Of a stretch of 25,869 nt of DNA, positions 8,301-15,325 are shown in pieces. A program made the position numbers and the translations under genes. Under the pieces are notes generated by a model, which made no database searches, was not told where the DNA came from, and saw only the letters and a program-made list of their open reading frames with translations. Origin of the DNA: a virus (taxonomy: Duplodnaviria > Caudoviricetes); IMG/VR virus record IMGVR_UViG_3300027656_000044, positions 1 through 25,869 of that record, one strand, 5' to 3'. Every line of letters starts with the position of its first letter. Position 1 is the first letter of the stretch.

Positions 8301-11300
8301 TAAAGCGCAGGTTGAGGAGCTTGTCAAGGCGGCGTACGACTCGGATACTGGCACAGCCTACCGCACCCGTGAGACAGAAGGCGGCACAATTGATGCTAAG
8401 CAAGCCGCTGACTTCATGGAAAAAGTGCAGAGTAAACTGCCTTCAAACGTAAAGCTGGTATATGCCGCTAACCCCGGTAAGATTCCTGTGGCGCTTCTTA
8501 CGCGTATGTCAGAGGAGGGCGTCAACCCAACCGAAGCCATGGTGCAGGGCGCTGTGTTCAGCGACGGCACGGTCTTGGTGGTTGGTGACCAGCATGCTGA
8601 CTTGAAAGACTTGGAAGCCACAGTATTTCACGAGTTGGTTGGTCACTACGGCATAGATACCATAATTGGTATCCCCCGCCTCCAAGCGTATGCCAACAAG
8701 ACAGACCTACGCAAACTGGCTGAAGAAATTGGTGGTCAGAAACTTGTAGATGAAGTTATTAGAACTGCCCAGTTCAATGCAGCACAGGGCAAGAATGAAG
8801 AAGTCCAAAGACTTCAGGTCTTGCGTGAGATTATTGCGCACACTGAAGAGGCTCGTGTAACTGAGAGCTTCAGACAAAAGGCTGGCCGATGGCTCAAGGA
8901 GTTTGTTGGCATGATTCGCGCAGGCTTGCGTAGTCTGGGCTTTACTTCTTCCTCTGTACTATCAACATCTGACGTCTTCTATGCTTTGAAGCAGTCCCGC
9001 AAAGCGTTTGAGAACAAAACAATCGGCCCATACAGAGCCGCCGATGGCCAGATTGCCTTCCGTACCAAGAAAGAACCCACGCAGTATGGCGCTTCTTTCA
9101 TTGCCAAGGAACCAACCCTTAAAGACCAGTTGCTAGGCAACATCATGGGTTTGGCAGGTCGTGTCCAATACATTGACAAAGACGCAGCCTTGTCTGAGGC
9201 TTTCAAACGTGGCGTAGCCGCCAACGCCATCACTTCTTTGGAAGCACAAAACGCAGAGTTCTATTTGCGGTTTGGCCAACAGCGTAGCCAGTATGCGGGT
9301 CAAGCACTGACCAACGGAAAGCTCGTCTTGCGCAAAGGCGAAGGCGGTGGCTACGTGTACGACAGCGTCAAGGGCGCTAACATGGTTGAAGTAGCAGAAG
9401 CCTTGCACAAGGGTAAGTTTGCCAACGACACAGAAGCCGAAGCTATTCTTACCGCATACGTGGCAGGTGAGCGTGCCAAGGTCAAGGGCTGGCAGAAGTT
9501 GAACTACGAGAACCCTGCTCTGGCTGAGAAGGAATACAACGATGTCATGCGCCTACTCAACAGCGACAAGACAAAGAAAGATGCCGTGCTGGAAGCCGCA
9601 CGTATCTACAAAGAGTTCAACGCTGGCCAGATTGACTTCCTTGTGCAGACAGGCGCCATCACTCCAAAACTGGCCAACGAACTTAAGTCCGTACCGTACA
9701 TCCCGTACTACCGCGTCAACAGCAACAGTGGCAATATTGAGTTGATGGTGGACAAAGAGACGCCTGTTCGTATTGGTAACGTCAAGACTGAGCCACAACT
9801 GAAAGAGTTGGTAGGTGGCAATAAGAACATTTTGCCAATCTTTACAAGCTCGGTACAGAACACGTTCATGCTGACTGACTTGGCACTACGCAACCAGATG
9901 ATTAAAGAGTCTGCGTTTTTGCTTCGGAAGATGGGTATCGCATCAGCGCTTGGAGAAGGTTCTGGCCCTGCAAGCGACAGCACTGTGCGGTTCAAAGTTA
10001 ACGGCAAAGATCATTTTGTCTTCATTGACAAAATTCAGTACGGTATCCCTGCGGAACTCATTATCAAGGGCATGGAAGGTATCAAGACCACGATGCCTGC
10101 CGCTATCAAAATGATGGGTATCCCTGCTGACATCTTGCGTAAGTTTGTGACACGTAACCCTTCCTACGCTATCCGTCAGGTTATCCGTGATCCTTTGAAC
10201 GCATGGTTGACTACGGGTACAGACGCTACGCCAGTGCTCAGTTCTTTTAAAGAGTTGGCTACCATGGTGGCTGGACGCAGCGATGTTGAGAACAAACTGA
10301 TGCGGTCAGGCGCTATTAGTACTAACGTATTCACAGGCGATCAGCGCGATGCAGCCAAGTTTCTCAAAGATATTAGCGCAGGTAAGTCTGGTTGGGACAA
10401 GTTGATTGCCAAGGCTGATGCGTTTGCCATGCAGGGCGATGCGGCTACCCGTGCTGTCATATACAAAGACTCCCTAGCCAAAGGGATGTCCGAGCAAGCA
10501 GCGCTTCTGCGTACGCTAGAGTCCATGAACTTTAGCCGCCGTGGTTTGTCGCCAAGTATGCAAGCGCTGTCGATCATCATCCCGTTCTTCAATGCGCAGA
10601 TTCAGGGTCTGGATGTGTTGTACCGTGCATACACAGGTCAGATGCCATTTAGTGAACAGCTTAAGATCAAGCAAAAAATGATAGCTCGTGGCTTGATGCT
10701 TTCCGCAGGCACACTGGCTTACGCCGCCCTGATGTCTGATGATGAGGCGTACAAACGCGCCAAGCCTGAAGAACGCTACGGCAGTTGGTTCATGTATATC
10801 CCCGGCTTTGACGAGCCTGTACGCGTACCTATCCCGTTTGAATTGGGTTACTTGTTCAAAGCGTTGCCAGAAGCTTTGTGGGATATGGCATCCAACGACG
10901 AGAAGGCATCCAAGGCAGTGGGTGGTTGGCTTAAACTTGTAGCGCAGACCAATCCGTTCAGTTTGCCACAGGCCATCAAGCCTCTCACCGAAGTTTATCT
11001 TGGCCAGTCGTTCTTTGGCGGTGCTATCGAGTCACAGCGTGAGCAAAAGATGCTGGCGGGTGAGCGTGCGCGTGAGTCCACCACAGAGTTTGCCAAGCTG
11101 CTTGGTAGCTTTACAGGTAGCGAAACGATCAAGCAGATCACAGGCAAAGAAGGTTTATCCCCTATCGGTATCGACTACCTCATCCGTGGTTACACGGGCG
11201 GTCTTGGTTTAGGTATTGTGCAGTTGGCCAACCCGATACTGAACATGGAGATGAAAGAGGACGTTGCCAAGCCTACGCTCAAGGCAAGCAAGACGCCGTT

Positions 11301-11652
11301 CATCGGTGGTTTGTTCCAGCCCGTTGAAGGTAGGGGCACCCTTGATGAAGCGTATGACCGGATGCTTGATATTCAGCAGACCAAAGGCTCGTTCAATCGT
11401 CTCGTGGAGCAGGGCAAGACAGCCGAAGCCAGAGCGTTTGCTCAGGAACACGCAGAAGCCTTGGGAGCAGCATCGGTGTCTGGCTCAGTACAGCAAAAGC
11501 TTGGTGAGTTTTCCAAGTACCGCCGTCAGGTAGAAGCCGCACCAAGGATGACCACCGAGCAGAAAGACGAGTTGCTGGCGCGTATTGACAAAGCGCAGAC
11601 GGATTACGCCCGTGCCTTCCTCAAGGCAGTCGATAGAACCACACGCCAGTAA
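5308..11652 (+). CDS. Giant internal virion/ejection protein of large polyvalent type (glycine zipper, Pro/Ala linker, zincin-like HExxxH domain, LPD38-like C-terminus)
   Basis: 2114 aa, GAGGTG RBS. Contains a GxxxG zipper near 5700-5800, a PEA/PEV linker at ~6310-6600, HELVGHYG at 8629-8652 with a downstream REIIAH, and C-terminal IPFFNAQIQG and VRVPIPFELGYLFKALPE motifs. It is the last gene of the structural block. Confidence 0.75.
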   Translation: MPLYQVEIPGRGKFKVDSPTELTDEQVYAAVLQDIGNAPPPKKGMLAALGKGAESTLSGLRTGVAGAFGSPEEAARAGIQRGEDISGRYADQVSMDRVKEAFNKDGVLSAAKEVGRQIPLAIAEQAPNLATSFGGARLGAMAGTALGPAGTVAGGIAGGLAGAFLPSLIQQYGGNIERQAQEQMARGEPIKIDTGAAGTAAAPQAALDVAQAFIPFGGKLVSKLTGIPEMAFFGRSAAQATKLADEKLLASLAKGTGVGLLAEVPTEIAQQMLQRAQAGLSLTSPDAMKEYGETAYQVGLLGPLGAVGRLSAKGAARDEVAARQAAEQEAAAQAAPTPVPAPEAAPEAPVTPEVVATPEVVPAPEAVAPAPAVAPEVAPEPVAVPEVAPTPAAPVGIRETVRPGAVMGSMDTGVTPAAPPAAPVVPPQAPMSVQQLMDQYDTLQLKQDALYDKMSASPQAYKENAPSYKESQAALDAIRQKIEDLGGTTETPERFEAQAKASMATIDKKIESANKAFATAMDKENRDLPAADKAMAQLEKLTAEREVLLKNQTEKRAVLTEKQTNLEQRGQTRELFTEKEAPIPPTEKPEGPEQPTTVPGIAEKPAEALEFKPKEVLAETPRPEGYGLTRVSDDRPIKLAMQKDPEQLDIFSPENIQRTGMTPEERVGADRRIAEATNMSAGRVSQYVRDAEKQRMTRALDTRLNLAGTEATRTVTPEQYDITMNNIDRLHNKVVLPIGNAKQSWLQELYDAADVHNTLLEQAETNKSFGLQRKINAALSKYNKVLAKITPVREQIEKMYKSMYETTPAAKASVVATEKKKAAEEQLDTIKIRDAEGKTVGAQVSRAVKRTKRIESGDVRKEAEDSAQMRKLATSLGMQEPEYEKLGNNMAKRVAALREKYGKNDPEVTAFQLQMNDTLQAKALELGRKTPEYKATLAEQTDIVREALSQSKQETPSKRTEQETRKVRRAPTEDRTGSAESRVATEKKSLREAGSRLTKAQVEELVKAAYDSDTGTAYRTRETEGGTIDAKQAADFMEKVQSKLPSNVKLVYAANPGKIPVALLTRMSEEGVNPTEAMVQGAVFSDGTVLVVGDQHADLKDLEATVFHELVGHYGIDTIIGIPRLQAYANKTDLRKLAEEIGGQKLVDEVIRTAQFNAAQGKNEEVQRLQVLREIIAHTEEARVTESFRQKAGRWLKEFVGMIRAGLRSLGFTSSSVLSTSDVFYALKQSRKAFENKTIGPYRAADGQIAFRTKKEPTQYGASFIAKEPTLKDQLLGNIMGLAGRVQYIDKDAALSEAFKRGVAANAITSLEAQNAEFYLRFGQQRSQYAGQALTNGKLVLRKGEGGGYVYDSVKGANMVEVAEALHKGKFANDTEAEAILTAYVAGERAKVKGWQKLNYENPALAEKEYNDVMRLLNSDKTKKDAVLEAARIYKEFNAGQIDFLVQTGAITPKLANELKSVPYIPYYRVNSNSGNIELMVDKETPVRIGNVKTEPQLKELVGGNKNILPIFTSSVQNTFMLTDLALRNQMIKESAFLLRKMGIASALGEGSGPASDSTVRFKVNGKDHFVFIDKIQYGIPAELIIKGMEGIKTTMPAAIKMMGIPADILRKFVTRNPSYAIRQVIRDPLNAWLTTGTDATPVLSSFKELATMVAGRSDVENKLMRSGAISTNVFTGDQRDAAKFLKDISAGKSGWDKLIAKADAFAMQGDAATRAVIYKDSLAKGMSEQAALLRTLESMNFSRRGLSPSMQALSIIIPFFNAQIQGLDVLYRAYTGQMPFSEQLKIKQKMIARGLMLSAGTLAYAALMSDDEAYKRAKPEERYGSWFMYIPGFDEPVRVPIPFELGYLFKALPEALWDMASNDEKASKAVGGWLKLVAQTNPFSLPQAIKPLTEVYLGQSFFGGAIESQREQKMLAGERARESTTEFAKLLGSFTGSETIKQITGKEGLSPIGIDYLIRGYTGGLGLGIVQLANPILNMEMKEDVAKPTLKASKTPFIGGLFQPVEGRGTLDEAYDRMLDIQQTKGSFNRLVEQGKTAEARAFAQEHAEALGAASVSGSVQQKLGEFSKYRRQVEAAPRMTTEQKDELLARIDKAQTDYARAFLKAVDRTTRQ

Positions 11653-11815
11653 AGCCGTCCCTGATCCCGATCTTGGCTCGGGCATCGAACAAACGGAAGC
11701 CGAGGGCCTTATTCAAGCCCTCGGTTCTAATAGCCGCAGTGTCGATGCAGGGGACAAAGAACCCCTGCCCCCGTTCAAGCCGCGGCCACGGATACTGGAT
11801 TGATAACTTCTTCAT
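11621..11815 (-). CDS. Small phage protein (YPW...GQGFFVPC type), possibly nucleic-acid binding
   Basis: 64 aa with protein-like composition; last gene of the - strand block. Overlaps the primase 3' end by 41 nt and the giant gene's 3' end by 32 nt. The RBS is weak. Confidence 0.65.
   Translation of the reverse strand: MKKLSIQYPWPRLERGQGFFVPCIDTAAIRTEGLNKALGFRLFDARAKIGIRDGFTGVWFYRLP
11698..11731 (+). terminator. Candidate intrinsic terminator for the + strand block, embedded in the opposite-strand 64-aa gene
   Basis: CCGAGGGC (11700-11707) pairs with GCCCTCGG (11717-11724), extendable by G-U and A-U pairs. It lies ~47 nt after the stop at 11652 and is followed by only a weak T-tract (TTCTAAT). 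Confidence 0.35.
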
Positions 11816-14738
11816 CCAAACTAGAAATTTCTCTCGAAATTTTCATGGTGGACACCCGCATGGGTGGGCCACTGGTTCTTGCCATCAGGTCTTTCTTAGG
11901 CATGTAGGACACTACAAATTGTTTCTCAAGCTGGCGCTTAAAATCAGCGTAGCCAAAGCTCATATTGGAGCAGAAGGTTTTTAGCAAGCGTTCCTCAATA
12001 AAGAAGTCAACATGGTTGGCTGTTACGCCGTGCTCCACGCGCCCCATAACTACCGATCGGGTAGTAGAAGAGTCGATCAAAGCGATATCCCCAAGCAGAG
12101 CACTAGCGCCTGACCTAACGTTGAAACGTACCACCACAAACTTGCCGTAGTTCTCTTGGATGAATCCGTTGAGCACATCTTCTGCGTTGCGCTTGCTTGT
12201 CCTGACTGTACCGCGTGCTACGTTGACACGGCCTTTCAAGAATTCTTTAATCTCATTAAGCGGAAAGTCAACAATGTTCAGATACTTATTGCCGAGTATT
12301 GCCCCTGCCGTCATGATCGTGCCCACACCCGCCATCCAGAATCGCTCGTCGTTGGTAGCGTTGAAATCCTTGTAGCAGTTACGCACGACATCAGGCACAA
12401 GGGTCTTGAGCATCGGTACATTCTTGGCCAAGAACTCAGCTAACTCGTGGCCAACTACACCATAGTTCTCTTGCAAGGACTTGATGACTTCAATCTCATG
12501 GGGCTCCCATGCCAGTTCTTCGTCCATGACAAACTCCAGAACACGTCGCATCTCGCCTTCCGATGAGTGCTTGCGTGAGCCTGTTAGGTAGTCCACAACG
12601 TGGGTATTGGAGGACATGATGGCCACTGTCTGCCAGATAGAAAGATTCAAGCGTTCCTTGTTAGCGCCAGACTCCATACGCTCCTTGCCGCGACCCTCGG
12701 TCATGTCCAGTAGGAACTCGGGGAACCACTCAGCATCCTTGCGGTTCTTGGCGGTGATCTCATCGGTCACCAAGGGCAGACTTTGCAGCAGACCAAGGCG
12801 TTGCTGCATGGCCACCGGAGAAGTGCTCTTGCCTGTGCGGTAGTGCGTTGGGTGACCCCAAATAGAAGCCGCCCCTTCCAGTGCCAGTGATTTACCCGTA
12901 CCGGACTCGGTTGAGCCGCAGTGGTACGTCATGCCGTAGATACCTGTGAAGCGCATAAACGGAGCGCTTGCCCCTGCCAGAACAACAGACAGATGGCCGT
13001 ATAGCCTCTTTGCTATAAGCATCTTGATGAACGTAACCCAGTTCTCAATCGAGCCCTTGGGTTTGGTGTTGGCCACGATGTTCTCAAGGCCGGGCATCGG
13101 CACTTCCACAGGAGCAGATGTGGCGCTGTATATCTTACCTGCGTACACAAACATGCCGTTCTCTTGCCAGCCGTAGTTAGCTGGTACTTTGACGGGTGAT
13201 TTATCGTTGCTCATTTTTTCCACGCTCGCACGTACGTAATCAAACAAATTCTTGTCGTTGCCTCGACCAAACGATGCCACGATATTCTGGTTGGCCAGTG
13301 CCTTGACCGTTTCGTCTTGGCTCACGACCGCCTTCTGTGCCATTGTGATGTTCTGCACACCCTCGCGCCTGATGGCCATGAGGTGTACTGTGTGCTCTCC
13401 GTTGTGGCTCAAGATGTCCACAGGAAAAAGATCGTAGGGGATAATCAAAACACTGCGCATGACCTTGTTGCCCTGCGCATCTTCGTCTTCCTTCTGAATA
13501 AAAATGCCACCACGCTCACCATAAGCGTAGCCACGGGGTGCTTCAGGGCGAAGCACTTTCTTAACTTCCTCGTCCATTGCAACGCGGGGCAACTCCACCA
13601 CGCTTTCCACAGTTGTTACAGCCATCTCACGCCCGAAGATCAGCGGGTTTGTAATCTTCCCCCAGTGGGGGCAGCTTGGGCAGACTCCGGGGTTTTCCGA
13701 GTCCATCTTAGTGCAGGGATAGGGGCCTTTGATCTCAGCCAGCTTAGTGCGCATGCGGTCTTCGCTGTACGGGTGCATGTCACTGATCCACTTCGATGCA
13801 CCTTCGCCATCCACACAGACCTTTGTCCACGACAAGATTCCGCGCCACAAGGGTTCCATCCCGTCTTCTTCGGCATGTTCTACGTAGTGTGCAATCTGGC
13901 CACAGCCTGTGCCTGCACGGGTCTTGACCACGATATTCTTGAAGCGGGTGACGCTGTTCTCAAACAGTTTGACTTGGGATGCGCTTGGTGTGGCTGGCCT
14001 AGTACCGGGTAGATCAACCACATTGCTGGGTTGCTTGGCTTGGACTTCGTACTGCGTACCGATCAGGTTCTTCTCAACCACAGCGCGGATGTCGGCCAAC
14101 TCAAACACAGAGCCCTCGCTCATGAAGCGCACGTTGGTTTGCTCCCGAACCTTCTTCTTGTTCTTGATGCCGGTATTGATCGTGGCAGGGATACGCAGAA
14201 CGCGGGATGCGTCTGATGTCACTGTTGGGTCAATGTCCAGTTTGTTCTGATAGCACATGCGCTTAAACGCTTCGGCCACAGGCTTCCACTCGTTGACATC
14301 CACGGCTTCGGTCAGCGGCCAGTATGCGTGCACACCGCCGCCAGATGCCACCATCCAAGGGTCGCCCATAGCAGACAATCCCGTAGTCTCAGCAAAATCC
14401 ATGATGGCCTGCGCCGCCAACTTTGCACTAGCGTATGCCTTGGGTTTGATTAGTCCCGTTTTGGGATCAGGTAAGTCCTTTGGATGGTTACAGTCCACGT
14501 CGATGGCAAAGGTCTTAACCATGTGCACGTTGTCCGCAGTCCGGTTGTTGTCGTCCCCAAATGTACCTAACCCAAAATAAATGTCTTCACCCGATTGCTT
14601 CCATCTGTCGATGAAAGGCTGTGCTTCCTCCAGTGTGTAAACATAGGCATGTTCTTTTTTTCTTGAAAGTTCCACCACGCAATAGCGCCCATTTCCGGGC
14701 GGTGGCAAAACAGCCGCTACAAACTCAAGCGGTTCCAT
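11775..14738 (-). CDS. Primase-helicase fusion: AEP (RepB-type) primase, Cys4 PriL-like module and DUF927/P-loop helicase
   Basis: AEP motifs: IDVD, VASGGGVHAYW, SRVLRIP. Cys cluster: C279/C342/C353/C356. DUF927-like YGWQ. Walker A GSTESGTGKS, Walker B LVTDE, putative Arg finger EMRRVLE. Confidence 0.85.
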   Translation of the reverse strand: MEPLEFVAAVLPPPGNGRYCVVELSRKKEHAYVYTLEEAQPFIDRWKQSGEDIYFGLGTFGDDNNRTADNVHMVKTFAIDVDCNHPKDLPDPKTGLIKPKAYASAKLAAQAIMDFAETTGLSAMGDPWMVASGGGVHAYWPLTEAVDVNEWKPVAEAFKRMCYQNKLDIDPTVTSDASRVLRIPATINTGIKNKKKVREQTNVRFMSEGSVFELADIRAVVEKNLIGTQYEVQAKQPSNVVDLPGTRPATPSASQVKLFENSVTRFKNIVVKTRAGTGCGQIAHYVEHAEEDGMEPLWRGILSWTKVCVDGEGASKWISDMHPYSEDRMRTKLAEIKGPYPCTKMDSENPGVCPSCPHWGKITNPLIFGREMAVTTVESVVELPRVAMDEEVKKVLRPEAPRGYAYGERGGIFIQKEDEDAQGNKVMRSVLIIPYDLFPVDILSHNGEHTVHLMAIRREGVQNITMAQKAVVSQDETVKALANQNIVASFGRGNDKNLFDYVRASVEKMSNDKSPVKVPANYGWQENGMFVYAGKIYSATSAPVEVPMPGLENIVANTKPKGSIENWVTFIKMLIAKRLYGHLSVVLAGASAPFMRFTGIYGMTYHCGSTESGTGKSLALEGAASIWGHPTHYRTGKSTSPVAMQQRLGLLQSLPLVTDEITAKNRKDAEWFPEFLLDMTEGRGKERMESGANKERLNLSIWQTVAIMSSNTHVVDYLTGSRKHSSEGEMRRVLEFVMDEELAWEPHEIEVIKSLQENYGVVGHELAEFLAKNVPMLKTLVPDVVRNCYKDFNATNDERFWMAGVGTIMTAGAILGNKYLNIVDFPLNEIKEFLKGRVNVARGTVRTSKRNAEDVLNGFIQENYGKFVVVRFNVRSGASALLGDIALIDSSTTRSVVMGRVEHGVTANHVDFFIEERLLKTFCSNMSFGYADFKRQLEKQFVVSYMPKKDLMARTSGPPMRVSTMKISREISSLDEEVINPVSVAAA

Positions 14739-14753
14739 ATTTGTCCGCCTTAA

Positions 14754-14936
14754 TCAGAAAAGGTTTTGTTGGTTTGGATCGATGAACGGGTGTTCGTCTG
14801 TTGGGGAAAGTGCTACAAAGCGGCGCAGTAATTCTTTCTGCCACTCTTTGGGCATACCAAACGAGTCATCCACCGCATCAGCGCAGTAGTTGATGAGTTC
14901 CCTATTGGTCAGGGTTCTAGGTTGTATTCCTTGCAT
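14754..14936 (-). CDS. 60-aa hypothetical protein ending in a beta-clamp-binding-like motif QQNLF
   Basis: Start reassigned from 14948 to the ATG at 14936, which follows GGAGAAAAAT. C-terminus is DPNQQNLF-stop. Confidence 0.7.
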   Translation of the reverse strand: MQGIQPRTLTNRELINYCADAVDDSFGMPKEWQKELLRRFVALSPTDEHPFIDPNQQNLF

Positions 14937-15187
14937 ATTTTTCTCCATGCTTGTTGTGCGTCCGTTGAGGACTTCATTATTTCTAAAAGGAGTTCAACGC
15001 GGTTTTGATACGCGACAAAAACATCCTTACCTTCAAACCAGTTGTATACAGTTTGGCGTGTGACCCCGAGCGCATAAGCAATCTTCGTCACAGGAAAATC
15101 TAGGTAGATCGCCCAACGCCCAAGCTGATTGCCGGGCGTTTTCTTTGCAGCCATAACTGCGTCAATTACTTTTTGTGAATAGGCCAT
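14909..15187 (-). CDS. Cro/XRE-like helix-turn-helix transcriptional regulator
   Basis: PVTKIAYALGVTRQTVYNWFEG is a classic HTH signature; 92 aa. Confidence 0.85.
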   Translation of the reverse strand: MAYSQKVIDAVMAAKKTPGNQLGRWAIYLDFPVTKIAYALGVTRQTVYNWFEGKDVFVAYQNRVELLLEIMKSSTDAQQAWRKICKEYNLEP

Positions 15188-15197
15188 AGTGGTTTTG

Positions 15198-15325
15198 TTA
15201 AGGCGCTAGGACACGCAGAACGGGAAACGCAGTCGTGTGCTTGTGTGTGCAATCTGACGAGGTAACTTTTTAAAACCCCGGCACACGCAATGCGACCGCC
15301 GACTGCGGCCTAGCGAAACCTTTAA
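15198..15325. other. Multi-stem folded intergenic element (cis-regulatory RNA, processing site or ssDNA origin hairpin)
   Basis: Nested pairings: CGCTAGG 15204-15210 / CCTAGCG 15309-15315; CGCAGTCG 15228-15235 / CGACTGCG 15300-15307; TTGTGTGTGC 15241-15250 / GCACACGCAA 15281-15290; CGAGGT 15258-15263 / ACCCCG 15275-15280 around an AT-rich loop; basal TTAAGG / CCTTTAA. Confidence 0.75.

Noticed and set aside
5308-11652. Tape-measure protein or virion RNA polymerase
   Set aside because: No regular aromatic-spaced tape-measure repeats and no RNA polymerase catalytic motifs that I could recognise; the polyvalent/ejection-protein features fit better.
13317-14250. 231-aa and 113-aa + strand ORFs opposite the primase, and similar antisense ORFs throughout
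   Set aside because: They lie wholly antisense to well-supported genes, have no motifs, and are explained by codon bias.
15222-15320. Hammerhead ribozyme (CTGACGA at 15254-15260; GAAAC at 15224 and 15315)
   Set aside because: Core pieces are present, but I could not build stems I-III in the required order with either GAAA: there is no stem II closing onto GAAA and no correctly placed UH cleavage site.
15198-15325. tRNA or simple intrinsic terminator
   Set aside because: No cloverleaf or T-loop consensus, and no U-tract after the stem on either strand.
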